Position numbers and translations under genes: made by a program
The notes under the pieces: model-generated
What the model was told of the DNA's origin: nothing
The model's input: only the letters and a program-made list of their open reading frames with translations
Database searches by the model: none
In this document: in pieces, positions 13,834-26,235 of the stretch
How positions within the stretch are numbered: position 1 is the stretch's first letter
Layout of the letters: every line of letters begins with the position of its first letter
Origin: Octopus bimaculoides
Lineage: Eukaryota
Direction of reading: 5' to 3'
Assembly (NCBI RefSeq): GCF_001194135.2
Contig: NC_068985.1
Span: forward strand, 18,307,156-18,371,155
Length of the DNA: 64,000 nucleotides

Positions 13834-14529
13834 CTGTAAATATAATAAAATAGATAAAACATATATACATCAACCCTGGTTCAAAGTAATTACTAGTCAG
13901 TACCAAAGTAATTGCTACTTCTAGTTCCTTCTATTATATTATAGAGATGGCCTTTCAGATAGCATGTGTCAAAAATGAGAATTCAAGGAAAATAAAATGA
14001 TGATAATAGTAAAAGCAAAAATGCCCTAAGATATATTTAAATGTTCACAGGTTGTGTTTCATGATGGGAAGAGAATTTCAACATTTCAGACAAGGTTCAT
14101 TGTTGAAGGGCCCTGCCTCTATCACTAAAATTCTCTTCTCATCACACCGATCTGGGTTTTTTTTTTACAATACAGACAAACTAGTTTTCTGAGATTGTTA
14201 TGTTATATTTTATATCTAAATCTTCTATAGAAGACTAACTATAACTGACTTTGATTACCTATTCACAGATTAATGATTTCAAATATTTCATTGTATTTCT
14301 ACGGTAACTCAGTCCATCTAACAATCGGGTATTGGTAATAAGTCATCTGTTACTATTAGCCTCAGACAGACCAGTATCCTAATTACAGTGAGATTTGTCT
14401 CTCATTCACTGAATGTCATGAAATCAGAGCTAAATAGAGACACTTAAAAGTCTTTTGAAGCTAAGGAACCATTTAAGGTATCCATTTTTATATTTTTAAT
14501 TATTTAATGTTCTCAATTTTACAAACTGA

Positions 14530-15110
14530 AACATTTTCTTTTATTTACTGGGTCTGAAGGAAAGAAGTCTGCTCATGGTGTTTGCAACTGAGCACATGAG
14601 AAAAGGACATGCGCAAGGAAGGAGTTCCAAAATGGCCAGCATTCTAGGAACTGGGCATTGTGATCAGTATGAGCCCTGGGGTGAGGGGCACAAGCAGGAT
14701 AAGGAATAAGAGAGAGGAGTAGGACAAGAATACTTGAGTGGAAGTAACAGGAGCCCAGCCAGCTTAAAAAGCAGATAGAGAAAATAGTCTGCCTGCATGC
14801 TTAAGGCTAAAAAATGTTGGAGTTATTTTATGCCCATCAATCAGGTGGCCTTTGTCTGGCCTTTGTTAGGACATCTGTGCGACCAGCAGCAGTAGCGCTG
14901 TCCCAGATGTGGGAACAATACTCCATTGTGGTCTTCACCTAAGCTTTGTAAAAGCTTGGTGCTAAAGTAGCTTCTGGACTTGAAGAGGAAGGCCAGTCTT
15001 CAGGATACAGTCATAGCTATGTTAAGCATGAGCTTTTACTAGGAGAGATCTTTGGTGAGAGTGAAACCCAAAATTTTGGCACAGTCATAAGACCTTTAGT
15101 TGTGTGCTAA
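14530..15110 (-). mobile_element. CR1/Jockey-type LINE relic (C-terminal part of ORF2)
   Basis: Minus strand reads LYKA*VKTTMEYCSHIWDSA and ILGFTLTKDLS, with stops and frameshifts. Confidence 0.7.
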
Positions 15111-15171
15111 CAAACAACTGGACAATTCAACAGACAAATACAATTTATTTAATTATAAATTATACTGTATA

Positions 15172-15620
15172 TCATCATCATCATCATCGTTTAACGTCCG
15201 CCTTCCATGCTAGCATGGGTTGGACGATTTGACTGGGGACTGGTGAACCAGATGGCTACACCAGGCTCCAATCTGATCTGGGAGAGTTTCTACAGCTGGA
15301 TGCCCTTCCTAACGCCAACTTCTCTGAGAATGTAGTGGGTGCCTTTACGGGCCACCGGCACGAAGGCCAGTCAGGCGGTACTAGCAAGAGCCATGCTCAA
15401 AATGGTGTATTTTACGTGCCACCTGCACAGGAGCCAGTCCAGTGGCACTAGCAACGATCTCGCTCGAATGTTTTTTCACGTGCCAGTAAGGCAATGCTGG
15501 TAACGATCACGCTCAGATGGTGCTATTTACATGCCACTGGCACCGGAGCCAGACAGCTGCTCTAGCAATGATCACGCTCGGACGGTGCTCTTAGCGCTCC
15601 ACTGGTACAGGTGCCAACAC
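15172..15620 (-). mobile_element. 5'-truncated RTE-type LINE 3' end, inverted relative to the 13233-13554 copy
   Basis: (CAT)n-cgtttaacgtccgccttccatgctagcatgggttgg...; internal subrepeats of about 60 bp; tataaattatac occurs near both ends (possible TSD). Confidence 0.85.
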
Positions 15621-15943
15621 AATATAAATTATACAAAGTTAGGTTATTCAAAAGATAGTTGAAATTTCCTGAATTTATCAATACAGAAGGAAAATTACAT
15701 GCAAAATATTTAATAACTATATCAATCATATCACTCTACAGATTAATATGAGGATATTAAACTGTATATGTAGAAACTAAGACTGTAACACTTATGACCC
15801 CGTTTGAATTGAGTCTTAATACTATTATTATTCACAATGTGTAAAACAAAATGTTATAGGGTTAAAATTTATATACAATACTTTAAATAATTTCAAATTT
15901 AGTTGAAACATTACAATGAAAATGTAATTAAAAAAACCTTTAA

Positions 15944-16164
15944 CCCATTAAGCATTGAAACTGGCCATATTCGACCAAAATATTCTACATGTTTTATGTT
16001 CAGATCAGCCAGATCTGGTCTCTCACACCTAATCTACAATGTCATTTGAAAGAATAAACAATTACATCATTGAAATCTCAAAGCTATGAGATAATGCATG
16101 ATTAATTCAAACAATGTGAATAAATACACATTACATTTGACAGTGTAATCTGAATGGTAAAGGA
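15944..16164. mobile_element. TTAA-flanked MITE (piggyBac-type)
   Basis: ttaa|cccattaagcatt ... aatggtaaagga|ttaa; homologous to 43283-43497 in the opposite orientation. Confidence 0.75.
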
Positions 16165-16205
16165 TTAATCCATTGTCAATATTAAGATTAAAACAAAAGA
16201 AATAC

Positions 16206-16388
16206 CTAATGTCAGCGAATCTAAATATATAGGCTCGATGAAGTGGCTCAGAAGAGCCCCCTGCAGACCAACAACGTTCCAGCGACAAATTTTATCAGAG
16301 CAAGACATTGTACGCAATCTTTCACCACGTTGAATTCCATCCCATGTTTGTTCAGTGAAATCAGCATCGATTGGAATGGTTCCTTCGC
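16206..16388 (-). CDS. ADAR: ADAR1 E8: base-flipping loop and SCSDK motif
   Basis: cctattag|GC GAA GGA; encodes GEGTIP...[38 protein letters not shown]; donor G|gtattt (phase 1). Confidence 0.96.
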
Positions 16389-16965
16389 CTAATAGGAAAA
16401 AAGACAAAAAAGAATTTGCTAAATATCTTCATTTTATAATCTTTTAAACCTGAAAAAACCTGCAAGATGTTAAAAATATCATAAAATTTCTTGTTTAAAA
16501 AGTAAGCAGAGTATGTATTTTACAGCTTTGGGTTGTAAAAGATAAATAAAAATAGAGATGTCTTAAATGAGATACAATGATCACAGAGTAAAGAAACTTC
16601 TTGATCATCAGAATTTAAAAAAATATTTTTTTATCGCAATTTTTTTTAACAAAAAATAGCATCACTGATTTACAGAACAAGTATGGAGTGTCTCTAGCTT
16701 AGTGGTCTTCATTCAAAGGACTGTTTTTAACTTTTTTTTTGCCGATGTACACAGTGAAGGACATATAAACATATACACATGCTCACACAATGGGCTTCTG
16801 TTTTCAGTACAGTTTCCATCTATTAAATTCCATTTACAAGGTATTGGTTAACCTAAGGTTATGATAAATGATATTTGCCTAAGATGCTACACAATGGGAA
16901 CAAACCTGGCACTATGTGGTAGTAATCACATGAACATGGTTTGATGAAAAAAAATTAAGCTAATC

Positions 16966-18286
16966 TGATAAATTCTCCCACAAAAAATATTTGAAAATGT
17001 AATAGTGCACAAGACTTAAACTAATTCTCGAATTCTTCTTTATATTGTGCTATCCCATAAACAATGTGGTTCTTTTTAATTGCATGAACTATTGGGTTGG
17101 CAACTAAGTTCCTGCCATTTTTTTAGATTTTGGAATCTATTTTTTTCAAGAATTCTATTTTTGAATCATCTTGGAATCTGTGAGAAAAACAGTACCATGA
17201 CACTATTCACTCTGCCAGAAATTTGTAAACGACATTCTCTACTGTTTGGTAGTCACACCAAAAGCTCCAACATGAACACTTCAGAGTGCTTGGATCTGAG
17301 GTCAGTGCAGAGGATTTGGAAAGAGTTGGATGAGTCTAATGGTGATTATGAAGGTACAGTAGCTCAGAAAACTCACGCTGATTGTTCTAATAAGAAAAGA
17401 ACTCCTGAATTTGCTGGCGAGATCCAGGCCATGACTGATAACAATCCCTCCAAGTCAATCAGGTCCATAGGAGTGTCTGAGTTTCTTCTTAGGCACATAG
17501 TGCAGGAAGTCATTCAGTATTTCTCATACAAGATGAGAAAGGGCCAATTTTTACCCGAAGCCATCAAGGACAAGAGGAAATACTGTGCTACAAAGCTTTT
17601 GAACAAACTCAAGCATTGCCTCCAACCGAACATGGTTTGGTTTTTCTCAGATGAGAAAATTTTCTGTCAGGATCAGATAGTGAACACACAACAACTGTTG
17701 GCTTGCTGTGTCCCGAAAACATGTACCTAGGGTGATAAAAATCAAACATCCAGTGAACATCATGGTGTTTGGAGTGATCACTAGTGAGGGTGACATAATG
17801 CCTCCATTCATCTTCTCACATGGCCTCAGACACAACATGGAGGCCTACATCAAGTGCCTGAAGGAGGTAATGCTGCCCTAGGGTGGCTGCTGGAAGACTA
17901 TGTCTGACAACAGGACTGTTCCAATCCACACAAGCAAGAGGACCTAGTAATAAATGTCAGACAATTTCTGCGACCACATCACCCCTAACATCTGGCACAA
18001 TTGAGCAAGAGACCAACTAAACTCCTTGTAACACCAAAGATGAACTGAAGGCAAGGATTGTAGCAGCATTCACCAACTTAAACAAGGAGACTGTCCAGAA
18101 GAGTTGCAGGAGATTCCAAAGTCGTATGGAGGCTGTGGTTGAAGCCAACGGTGATTTTATTGAATAAATTTACTCTAACGTATTTCAAGATATTTTCATG
18201 TAATTTTGGTAAATATATCTGTTAAAATGAGATGCCAGTGTTATTTTCATTTTTGCGTAATTTGGACAATTTATCCACTGCACCCA
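16966..18286 (+). mobile_element. Tc1/mariner-superfamily (DD37D/maT-like) transposon relic with a disrupted transposase
   Basis: ORF 17080-17730 contains WFFSDEK. Downstream broken frames read IMVFGVITSEGDIMPP, QQD and CNTKDELKARIVAAF...EANGDFIE*. The segment with the third catalytic Asp is deleted. TIR remnants gataaatt at the left end and aatttatccactgcaccc at the right end. Confidence 0.85.
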
Positions 18287-18769
18287 CTATATATAATATA
18301 GTAAAAGAAATATTCAAATGAGAGGCTCACTTATTGGCAGTTCTGAATAGTAACAAAATTACTGTGAAATAAAAGATTAGTTGAAAGATCAAAACATGCT
18401 ATGCCTGAAATGGAAAGTTAGTTCCAGAAATGGAGAAGCAAACAAATTGTCAGTAACAGATCAACAAATCAAATATGAGAGCAAACTTTTAAGCTTCAAA
18501 CACATGAAAAAACTACAAATGTGTTGACAAGTGGTTAAGTAAATTTATTCTACTTCTTATGTCAACAAAGGAAAACAATCAGACACTGGAATGATGATTC
18601 TTTTAGCCTTGTTTCTTTAAAAGAAAAGTATTCAGCTTAAATTACTTAGAAGCTGGTTACATGAATACATGTAAGAGTTTCAGAGCAATCAAAGAAATAG
18701 CTTTCCGTTTTCTCGTTGCCTACTCCATTCTATTATTTGTACTTATTGTAAGATATATTTCATCATCAT

Positions 18770-19185
18770 CATTTAACATCTACTTTTTCATGCTTGCATG
18801 GGTCAGACAGAATTTGTTGAGGCAGATTTTCTACAGCAGATATCCTTCTTGTCATCAACTCTCACTTGTTTCCAAACAAGGTAATATTTCCCCATAGCTA
18901 GGAAGATTTTCATGGAATGTAGAAAACGAACAACATTGCTTGTCTGATGGTATTGCTCATGTACAACAATCACACGATGTCCAAACAAGGTACACTGAAA
19001 CACACACACACATGCATGTATATGGTGGGCTTCGTTCAGTTTCCAACTAGCAAATCCATTTACAAGGCTTTGACTGGAGCTGAACTATAGCAGAAGACAC
19101 ATGTCCAAGGTGTCACACAGCAGGACTAGACTGGTGACCACATGGTTCAGAATCAAGCTTCTCAACCACACAACCATGCCTGCAC
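18770..19185 (-). mobile_element. tRNA-headed SINE (family A head) with RTE-derived (GAT)n tail
   Basis: Head agaagacac/caaggtg/aaccacacaaccatgcctg, then a (CA)n linker, then a catcatttaacatctact...catg tail. A similar copy lies at 54000-54415. Confidence 0.7.
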
Positions 19186-20639
19186 TTATTTATGGATTTT
19201 GAATATTTATGGATTACTTAAATGAAAAATATTAAAGTAACAAGAAAGTATATATTAAATTCAGCATGAAATAAACCCTACTATTTTTAGATTTTATCAT
19301 AGCATTCATCCATAGATTTCATTAATATCAATAGTATGGCAATAGTATATATATATTTTAGAACAATCACTAGAGATAAAAGCAACATAGGCAGCAATGA
19401 TAATAATAATAATATTGTTATCATAGTGACAGAAAATTCTGATATTTTGGATGGTAACAAAGTTCACTAAAATGAAACTTAATAAATCAATAAACTGAAT
19501 TATAAATAGCAACTCTTTGGAGAAGTAATAGGATCTTTCTCCTGCATCATATTTACTCAGATGAGGCACTATTTGGAATAAAACTGTTGGTGAAATTTTG
19601 GCAATGTAGTTGATAGTTGTTCATCTTATTATTATTGGTACAGTAACTATAAAAATGATGGGATTTATTTCTGCCTCCTTTCAGTAATCCTTAATGTTTT
19701 TGTTTTAAGCCTTGCTCTATTTTCTTTTTGTGTTTCATTTTGTCTTCTTTCAGTTGTTCTTTTTACCTCCATTCACTCTCCTTCATTTTTCTAATTGACT
19801 CCCTCCCATATTCCATTACTTCTCTTCCCCTCTATACATATAGATTTCCTTCTTTTCCCTTTCTCAATCAGATTCTGCCCCTACCTCTTTCTCTTCATTT
19901 TCCAATGTCTTCACCCACTCATTTTGATAACATACATGAACCTCTCTCTTATTTTGTCTATCATTTACTCATTCTCTATACTTATGTTATTTTATCACAT
20001 TAACACTCTAATTCCCCAGCACCTCTATTGTAGAGTTCTATCTTTCTTCTCTTACTACCTCACTGCCCTGCCCGCCACTCTTATTACCATTCCTCCCAAT
20101 ATTTAATGATCTATTGATGACTGTTTGCCTCACAAGCTGCTGATTCCCAACCTTGTATGCTACCTACCATCATCATCATTTAACATCCATCTTCCATGCT
20201 AGAATTGGGTAATTGGATAGTTTGACAGGATCCAACAAGCCAGAGAAATGCATTTCATGGACTTTAAAAAGGTGCTCATAGAATTTAAATAATGACCAAT
20301 TTCATTCACATACAAAGACCTGCTTTTCTCTAAACTAATTTACATTTGATTATTCATGCATAGTAACACTATACATACTGTGAGACATGAGTGCTTCATT
20401 TGTTTCAAATCACTATCATTCAGTATCGTAATTTATACACAAGTAATGTGTATGAATTACTTCACTCTGGAAGAGAAACCCTTATTTGCTTGCAAAAGTA
20501 ACAGCTCCCTGAACATCTTTCAGCCTGTATTATTATGCTTTCAGCACAGCCATCAAGTGTTCATCAAGGTTCAATTCTCATTCTTCCTCTATTTATATAG
20601 TTCTCCAAGCTATAACAAGAGAGTGTGTAATACTAGCTG

Positions 20640-22740
20640 CTTGTGAGAAGTTCTATATGCTTATGAGGTAGTGCCAGGCATAGGAATAAAAGAGAGCTAG
20701 GAGTAAACTCAGCAAAGACTAAAGTTTTTGAAATGCGGAAAGAAGAGAGGACTCCTACACAGAAAAAGTAACTGGTAGGAACTCCATACAGTGTACACAA
20801 TGTGAGCTAATGAGTGCTTAAGAAATGATAGCTAATAAGGACCTTGTGTATGGCAGACGTACAGTAGTTAGTAGTGAGAGAACTAGTAAGATAAATTTTT
20901 TTCAATGTTTGAATGACTCCATAGAAGTAGTTGATAGCATCTGTTACCTAGGTGACCAAATCAGCAGTTAAGGAGGGTGCTCTGAAAGCATTGTAGACAG
21001 AATAAGAACCGAGTCCAAAAAGTTCAGAGAGCTTTTACTTCTGCTGGTAATAAGAGAGTTCTTTCTTTGAGTAAAGGACAGATTGTAGATTGCTTGTATA
21101 CAAAGTGCAATGCTGCATGATAGTGAGACATTGGCACTGAGACATGCAATTGCTGGAGAGAATTGAAGTATGTCCTGCTGGATGTATAGTATTTAGTATG
21201 TATGAATGGCATGGTACAAATGAGATTAGAGATAAACTGGATACAGACAGAATCAGATGTAATGTGAAAAAGAGAAATAACTGTATTGGTATGGATACAT
21301 AAAGTATCATCATCATCATCATCGTTTAACGTCCGCTTTCCATGCTAGCATGGGTTGGACGATTTGACTGAGGACTGGTGAAACCGGATGGCAACACCAG
21401 NNNNNNNNNNNNNNNNNNNNNNNNNNNNNNNNNNNNNNNNNNNNNNNNNNNNNNNNNNNNNNNNNNNNNNNNNNNNNNNNNNNNNNNNNNNNNNNNNNNN
21501 NNNNNNNNNNNNNNNNNNNNNNNNNNNNNNNNNNNNNNNNNNNNNNNNNNNNNNNNNNNNNNNNNNNNNNNNNNNNNNNNNNNNNNNNNNNNNNNNNNNN
21601 NNNNNNNNNNNNNNNNNNNNNNNNNNNNNNNNNNNNNNNNNNNNNNNNNNNNNNNNNNNNNNNNNNNNNNNNNNNNNNNNNNNNNNNNNNNNNNNNNNNN
21701 NNNNNNNNNNNNNNNNNNNNNNNNNNNNNNNNNNNNNNNNNNNNNNNNNNNNNNNNNNNNNNNNNNNNNNNNNNNNNNNNNNNNNNNNNNNNNNNNNNNN
21801 NNNNNNNNNNNNNNNNNNNNNNNNNNNNNNNNNNNNNNNNNNNNNNNNNNNNNNNNNNNNNNNNNNNNNNNNNNNNNNNNNNNNNNNNNNNNNNNNNNNN
21901 NNNNNNNNNNNNNNNNNNNNNNNNNNNNNNNNNNNNNNNNNNNNNNNNNNNNNNNNNNNNNNNNNNNNNNNNNNNNNNNNNNNNNNNNNNNNNNNNNNNN
22001 NNNNNNNNNNNNNNNNNNNNNNNNNNNNNNNNNNNNNNNNNNNNNNNNNNNNNNNNNNNNNNNNNNNNNNNNNNNNNNNNNNNNNNNNNNNNNNNNNNNN
22101 NNNNNNNNNNNNNNNNNNNNNNNNNNNNNNNNNNNNNNNNNNNNNNNNNNNNNNNNNNNNNNNNNNNNNNNNNNNNNNNNNNNNNNNNNNNNNNNNNNNN
22201 NNNNNNNNNNNNNNNNNNNNNNNNNNNNNNNNNNNNNNNGTACGCATGCGTCATACAGTCTGCCTTTTACTCTGAGTGAGAGTCCCTTTGTCGCCAGCAG
22301 GGGTAAGAGCTCTCTAAACTTTGCCCAGGCTATTCTTATTCTAGCAGCTACACTTTCAGCGCACCCACCCCCACTACTAACTTGGTCGCCCAGATAGCAG
22401 AAGCTATCGACTACCTCTAGTTTTTCACCCTGGAATGAGATAGAAGTTGTTTCCTGTTTGTTTGCAGTCTTTATTGCACCTGAACATCTGCCACAAACAA
22501 AAACTAACTTGCTAATGATAACAAATGAGTAAAGAAGAGTCAGAAAATCCAAGTGAGAAGAAAATGTGGACATCCAGGAAGACATGGGTTCAAGCAGTGA
22601 AAGCTGATCTTAGAATATTGAATTTCACAAAAGAGGTGACATCAGGACACAACAAAGTGAAATGTTGTGTTAGAGAAGATCTGTCCAACCCATGCAAGCA
22701 TGCAAAAGCAGATATGAAAATGATGATGATGATGACGATG
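20640..22740 (+). mobile_element. Old RTE LINE relic (ORF2 3' part), interrupted by a younger antiparallel RTE copy
   Basis: Broken frames read IEVVDSICYLGDQISS*GGCSESI...KFRELL and AMLHDSET up to about 21306, then resume at about 22520 with TSRKTWVQAVKADLRIL and end in a (GAT)n tail. Confidence 0.75.
21307..22505 (-). mobile_element. Young 5'-truncated RTE LINE (middle lies in an N gap)
   Basis: Intact frame FVCGRCSGAI...EKLEVVDSFCYLGDQVSSGGGCAESVAARIRIAWAKFRELLPLLATKGLSLRVKGRLYDACV at 22240-22505; 3' tail at 21307-21400. Continuity across the 839-nt gap is inferred. Confidence 0.8.
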
Positions 22741-23887
22741 TATGTGTATTTGTGTATTCTTTTTCTAATGTATGTTACTAAAAAGCTGGTGTGCTTTGAA
22801 TGATGTCCTTTGAGAGAATAAGTGACAGATGTTCTCACATCGCTACTGACATCAGAAATGCAATGAATTAATGATTGGCCTGTTGGAAACTTATAACCAA
22901 CAATTTTATTATTAATAAATTGTGATGTAATATAAAAACTAAGCCATACCAATACAAACACATTATAACAATGTCTCAACACAATACAGATTGCTTTGAG
23001 TGTAAAATTGTATGTCCATTCATTTGTTCATTTTTACATCCATTTTTCTATGACAGTATAAGTTAGTTGAATATATTATTGAGGTATTGCTTTACAACCA
23101 GATGTCCTTCCTGTCACTAACCCTAACCTGATTTCAGGCAAGGGACCTATTTCTTATTTCTCATGTCTTTGAAGACACAAAGTGAGCAGAAGATTTTTTT
23201 GACAGAAGAAATAACAAGATCTCTGCTTGTAGTTCAGTGATTTTTAGAAGTTAAAATGTAAACAAACCAACACACACACACAAAATGCTCATACATACAA
23301 ACAACAGGCTCCTTTCAGTTTTCCATCTACCAAATATGCTCACAAGGTTTTGATCAGCATGGGGCTATAGTCTTAGAAGATACTCGCTTAAGATGCCACA
23401 AGTGGGACTGAACCTAAAACCATAGTTAGCAAGTGAAAGTTATACAATTTTAACATTATTTTAAACACAGTCAATACACATGACAAAATAGAGAACATCC
23501 TGGGGAAAATATACACATAACAAATTTTAATTTTTTTGAAGTACATGTAGCCTTTTGTCTTGATCAAATCAAACTAAGTCAACATAACAAAAAAATTACA
23601 GAGAAGATACAATACAAAAAAATGCATACATATNNNNNNNNNNNNNNNNNNNNNNNNNNNNNNNNNNNNNNNNNNNNNNNNNNNNNNNNNNNNNNNNNNN
23701 NNNNNNNNNNNNNNNNNNNNNNNNNNNNNNNNNNNNNNNNNNNNNNNNNNNNNNNNNNNNNNNNNNNNNNNNNNNNNNNNNNNNNNNNNNNNNNNNNNNN
23801 NNNNNNNNNNNNNNNNNNNNNNNNNNNNNNNNNNNNNNNNNNNNNNNNNNNNNNNNNNNNNNNNNNNNNNNNNNNNNNNNNNNNNNN

Positions 23888-23925
<38 letters not shown>

Positions 23926-24154
23926 GACAGGCATACATGTTTTCACACATAAATATATTCAGAGGAGTTATTTTAAAAACCAATAATGATATAAAAGATG
24001 AAAGGAATCCTGACATCTGTAACAACTCATGTAACTCAACACCTTCAGAAAAACACTATTAATCAATATCTGTGGAGACAAAAATATTACCAAAAGATAT
24101 TTTTACCTGCAAATGACACACAACAACAAATAAATACAATAAAAGTGTACGAAC

Positions 24155-24261
24155 CTCCTTCCACTTTTGTTCGCAGCAATCCTTGTACACTGCTTGAAAA
24201 AGTTGGATTATGAATATGCTTGTTTTCCTCCTCCATTTTTGCATTACTTGAGTCAGTATCT
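24155..24261 (-). CDS. ADAR: ADAR1 E7: RNA-binding loop and LRTKVEG
   Basis: aatttacag|A GAT ACT; encodes HIHNPTFSSSVQGLLRTKVEG; donor G|gttcgt (phase 1). Confidence 0.93.
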
Positions 24262-24289
24262 CTGTAAATTAGGAATAAATAAATCACCA

Positions 24290-24625
24290 TCATCATTTAG
24301 TGTCTGCTTTTCATGCTGGCATGGGTTAGATGGTTTGATTGGAAACTGGTAAGCCAGAGAGCTGCACCAAGTTCCAGTCTGGTTTGGCATGGTTTCTATG
24401 GCTGAATGCCCTTCTTAATGACAACCACTCCAAGAGTGTAATTGGTGATTCTTACATGCCACCAGCAAGCGTGCTTTTATGTGTCACTGGCACAGGTGCC
24501 AGTTATGTGACACTGGCATTCAGCCACAACGACGATTTCACTTGGCTTGATGAGTCTTCTCAAGCACAGCATATCTCCAAAGGTCTCAGTCACTTGTAAT
24601 TGCCTCCATGAGGCCCATTGCCTCT
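24290..24625 (-). mobile_element. RTE-tail element
   Basis: catcatttagtgtctgcttttcatgctggcatgggtt...; same tail family. It lies about 30 nt upstream of the E7 acceptor. A second copy lies at about 24843-25030. Confidence 0.7.
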
Positions 24626-25609
24626 AATAATAATTGTCACACATTAATCAACATGTAGCATAGAGATATGTTAAAGCATATTAGTAACATAATTAGGATA
24701 AGAAACTGAAATTTCTTTTTGTCAAGCTTCTCATCTTAAAAACTAGTCTACAGAATGGAAATTGAGAAGACAATATATATTAAAATTGGGATAAATAGAA
24801 TTGTTAGAAAAAGGAAGGAATAATTTTGATGTAGAAAGGAATCATCATCATTTAGCATCTGCTTTCCATGCTGACAATGGATTAGATAGTTTGACCGGAA
24901 CTGGTAAGCTGGAGAGCTGTACCAGGTTCCAGTCTGATTTTGGTGGTTTGTTTTCTATGGCTGGATCCCCTTCCTAATGCCAACCACTCCAGAAAGTGTA
25001 GTGGGTGCCTTTTACATGTCACTGGCACAGGTTATTATTTTTATGATAAAAAATGCTATAAAAGTTTGAGCAGAACCTAAATGGTTCACAACTATTAGAA
25101 AGAGATTTATGCTTCAGCAAACAGGACTGCCTTATAACTTAACACTTCATTTTAAATTCTTTTGAAACAACAGATTCCATTTTAAAATATATTTCTGCCT
25201 TAAGAAACAAGATTAGCTACAAGAAATCCTGGTTGGAAACTTAACATAAGAAGGCAAAGATCTTTTAAAATGTTTTATGAAATCAATTATATGGACTTTT
25301 TATATGGACCAGCACTGGCAAGGTTACCATATAGCTTGCCATTTTTTATATGGAGTTTACTATCCATTCTTTATAACCTAATAATACAAAGTGATCTTCA
25401 CTGGAAAAAAAAACTAAACAGAAAACTGAAGTATTTTATCTGTAGCTAACTTGTTATGAATATAATATTTTCAGCATGGACCTAGTATATGCTGTGTAAA
25501 TTTACTACCTTACAATAATCTATGTGTAGAAAGCAATTTTCAATTCTCCTTTTCAGTATTCATGCATATTTCATAAACATAAAATGCAATTGTTTTAAAA
25601 AATTATTAC

Positions 25610-25765
25610 CTGGGTGAAAAAAGAGCTCCATCTCCACAAGGAGCAGTAGATATATATAAATGGAATGTTATATTGGTTTTAATCCGGCATATACTACGTT
25701 CACCTTTCTCGAAGAGATCATTGGGTACTTCTGCATCATACTCCAGTAAGTGTCTGTATAGATAT
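25610..25765 (-). CDS. ADAR: ADAR1 E6: PCG zinc-ligand motif
   Basis: ttctgcag|A TAT CTA; encodes FHLYISTAPCGDGALFSPR; donor AG|gtaata (phase 2). Confidence 0.96.
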
Positions 25766-26235
25766 CTGCAGAAAATAAAATAATAGTTTTGCATAATATT
25801 ATCAGAAACATTTTGCCACCAATATTTCTATGGGAATTATTTCCATTTTAACTATCTGTTTGAATTTAGTTTATTATAGTCATATTCCAAATAAAACTCA
25901 AACATACAAACATACCACTTCTCATGAACAGACAGCTCTTTATTAATTTCTTAAAAGGTCTTATATTTTCTTCACCTGTCACACAATATAATTCAAATAC
26001 TAATATATCAATACTGATTTATAATACAGATATATCAATATCTTATAAGCTAATTTACATTAAGCAAGTGATTAAGTATATAAGTATCTCAAAACAGATA
26101 AGCTTTCTAGGAAAAGCTATTACATTTTTATTTATTTACAATTTACTTCCTTTTGTTTTAGAGAAAATGTCTCCAAAGAAAAGAGTTTGTGATGCAGAAT
26201 GTAGACACCAAATCTGCAGCTGCAGTAGTACTTGT

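Noticed and set aside
15330-15620. Tandem subrepeats of about 60 bp resembling a CRISPR-like array
   Set aside because: The units are diverged, have no unique spacers, and are internal repeats of an RTE 3' UTR in a eukaryotic genome.
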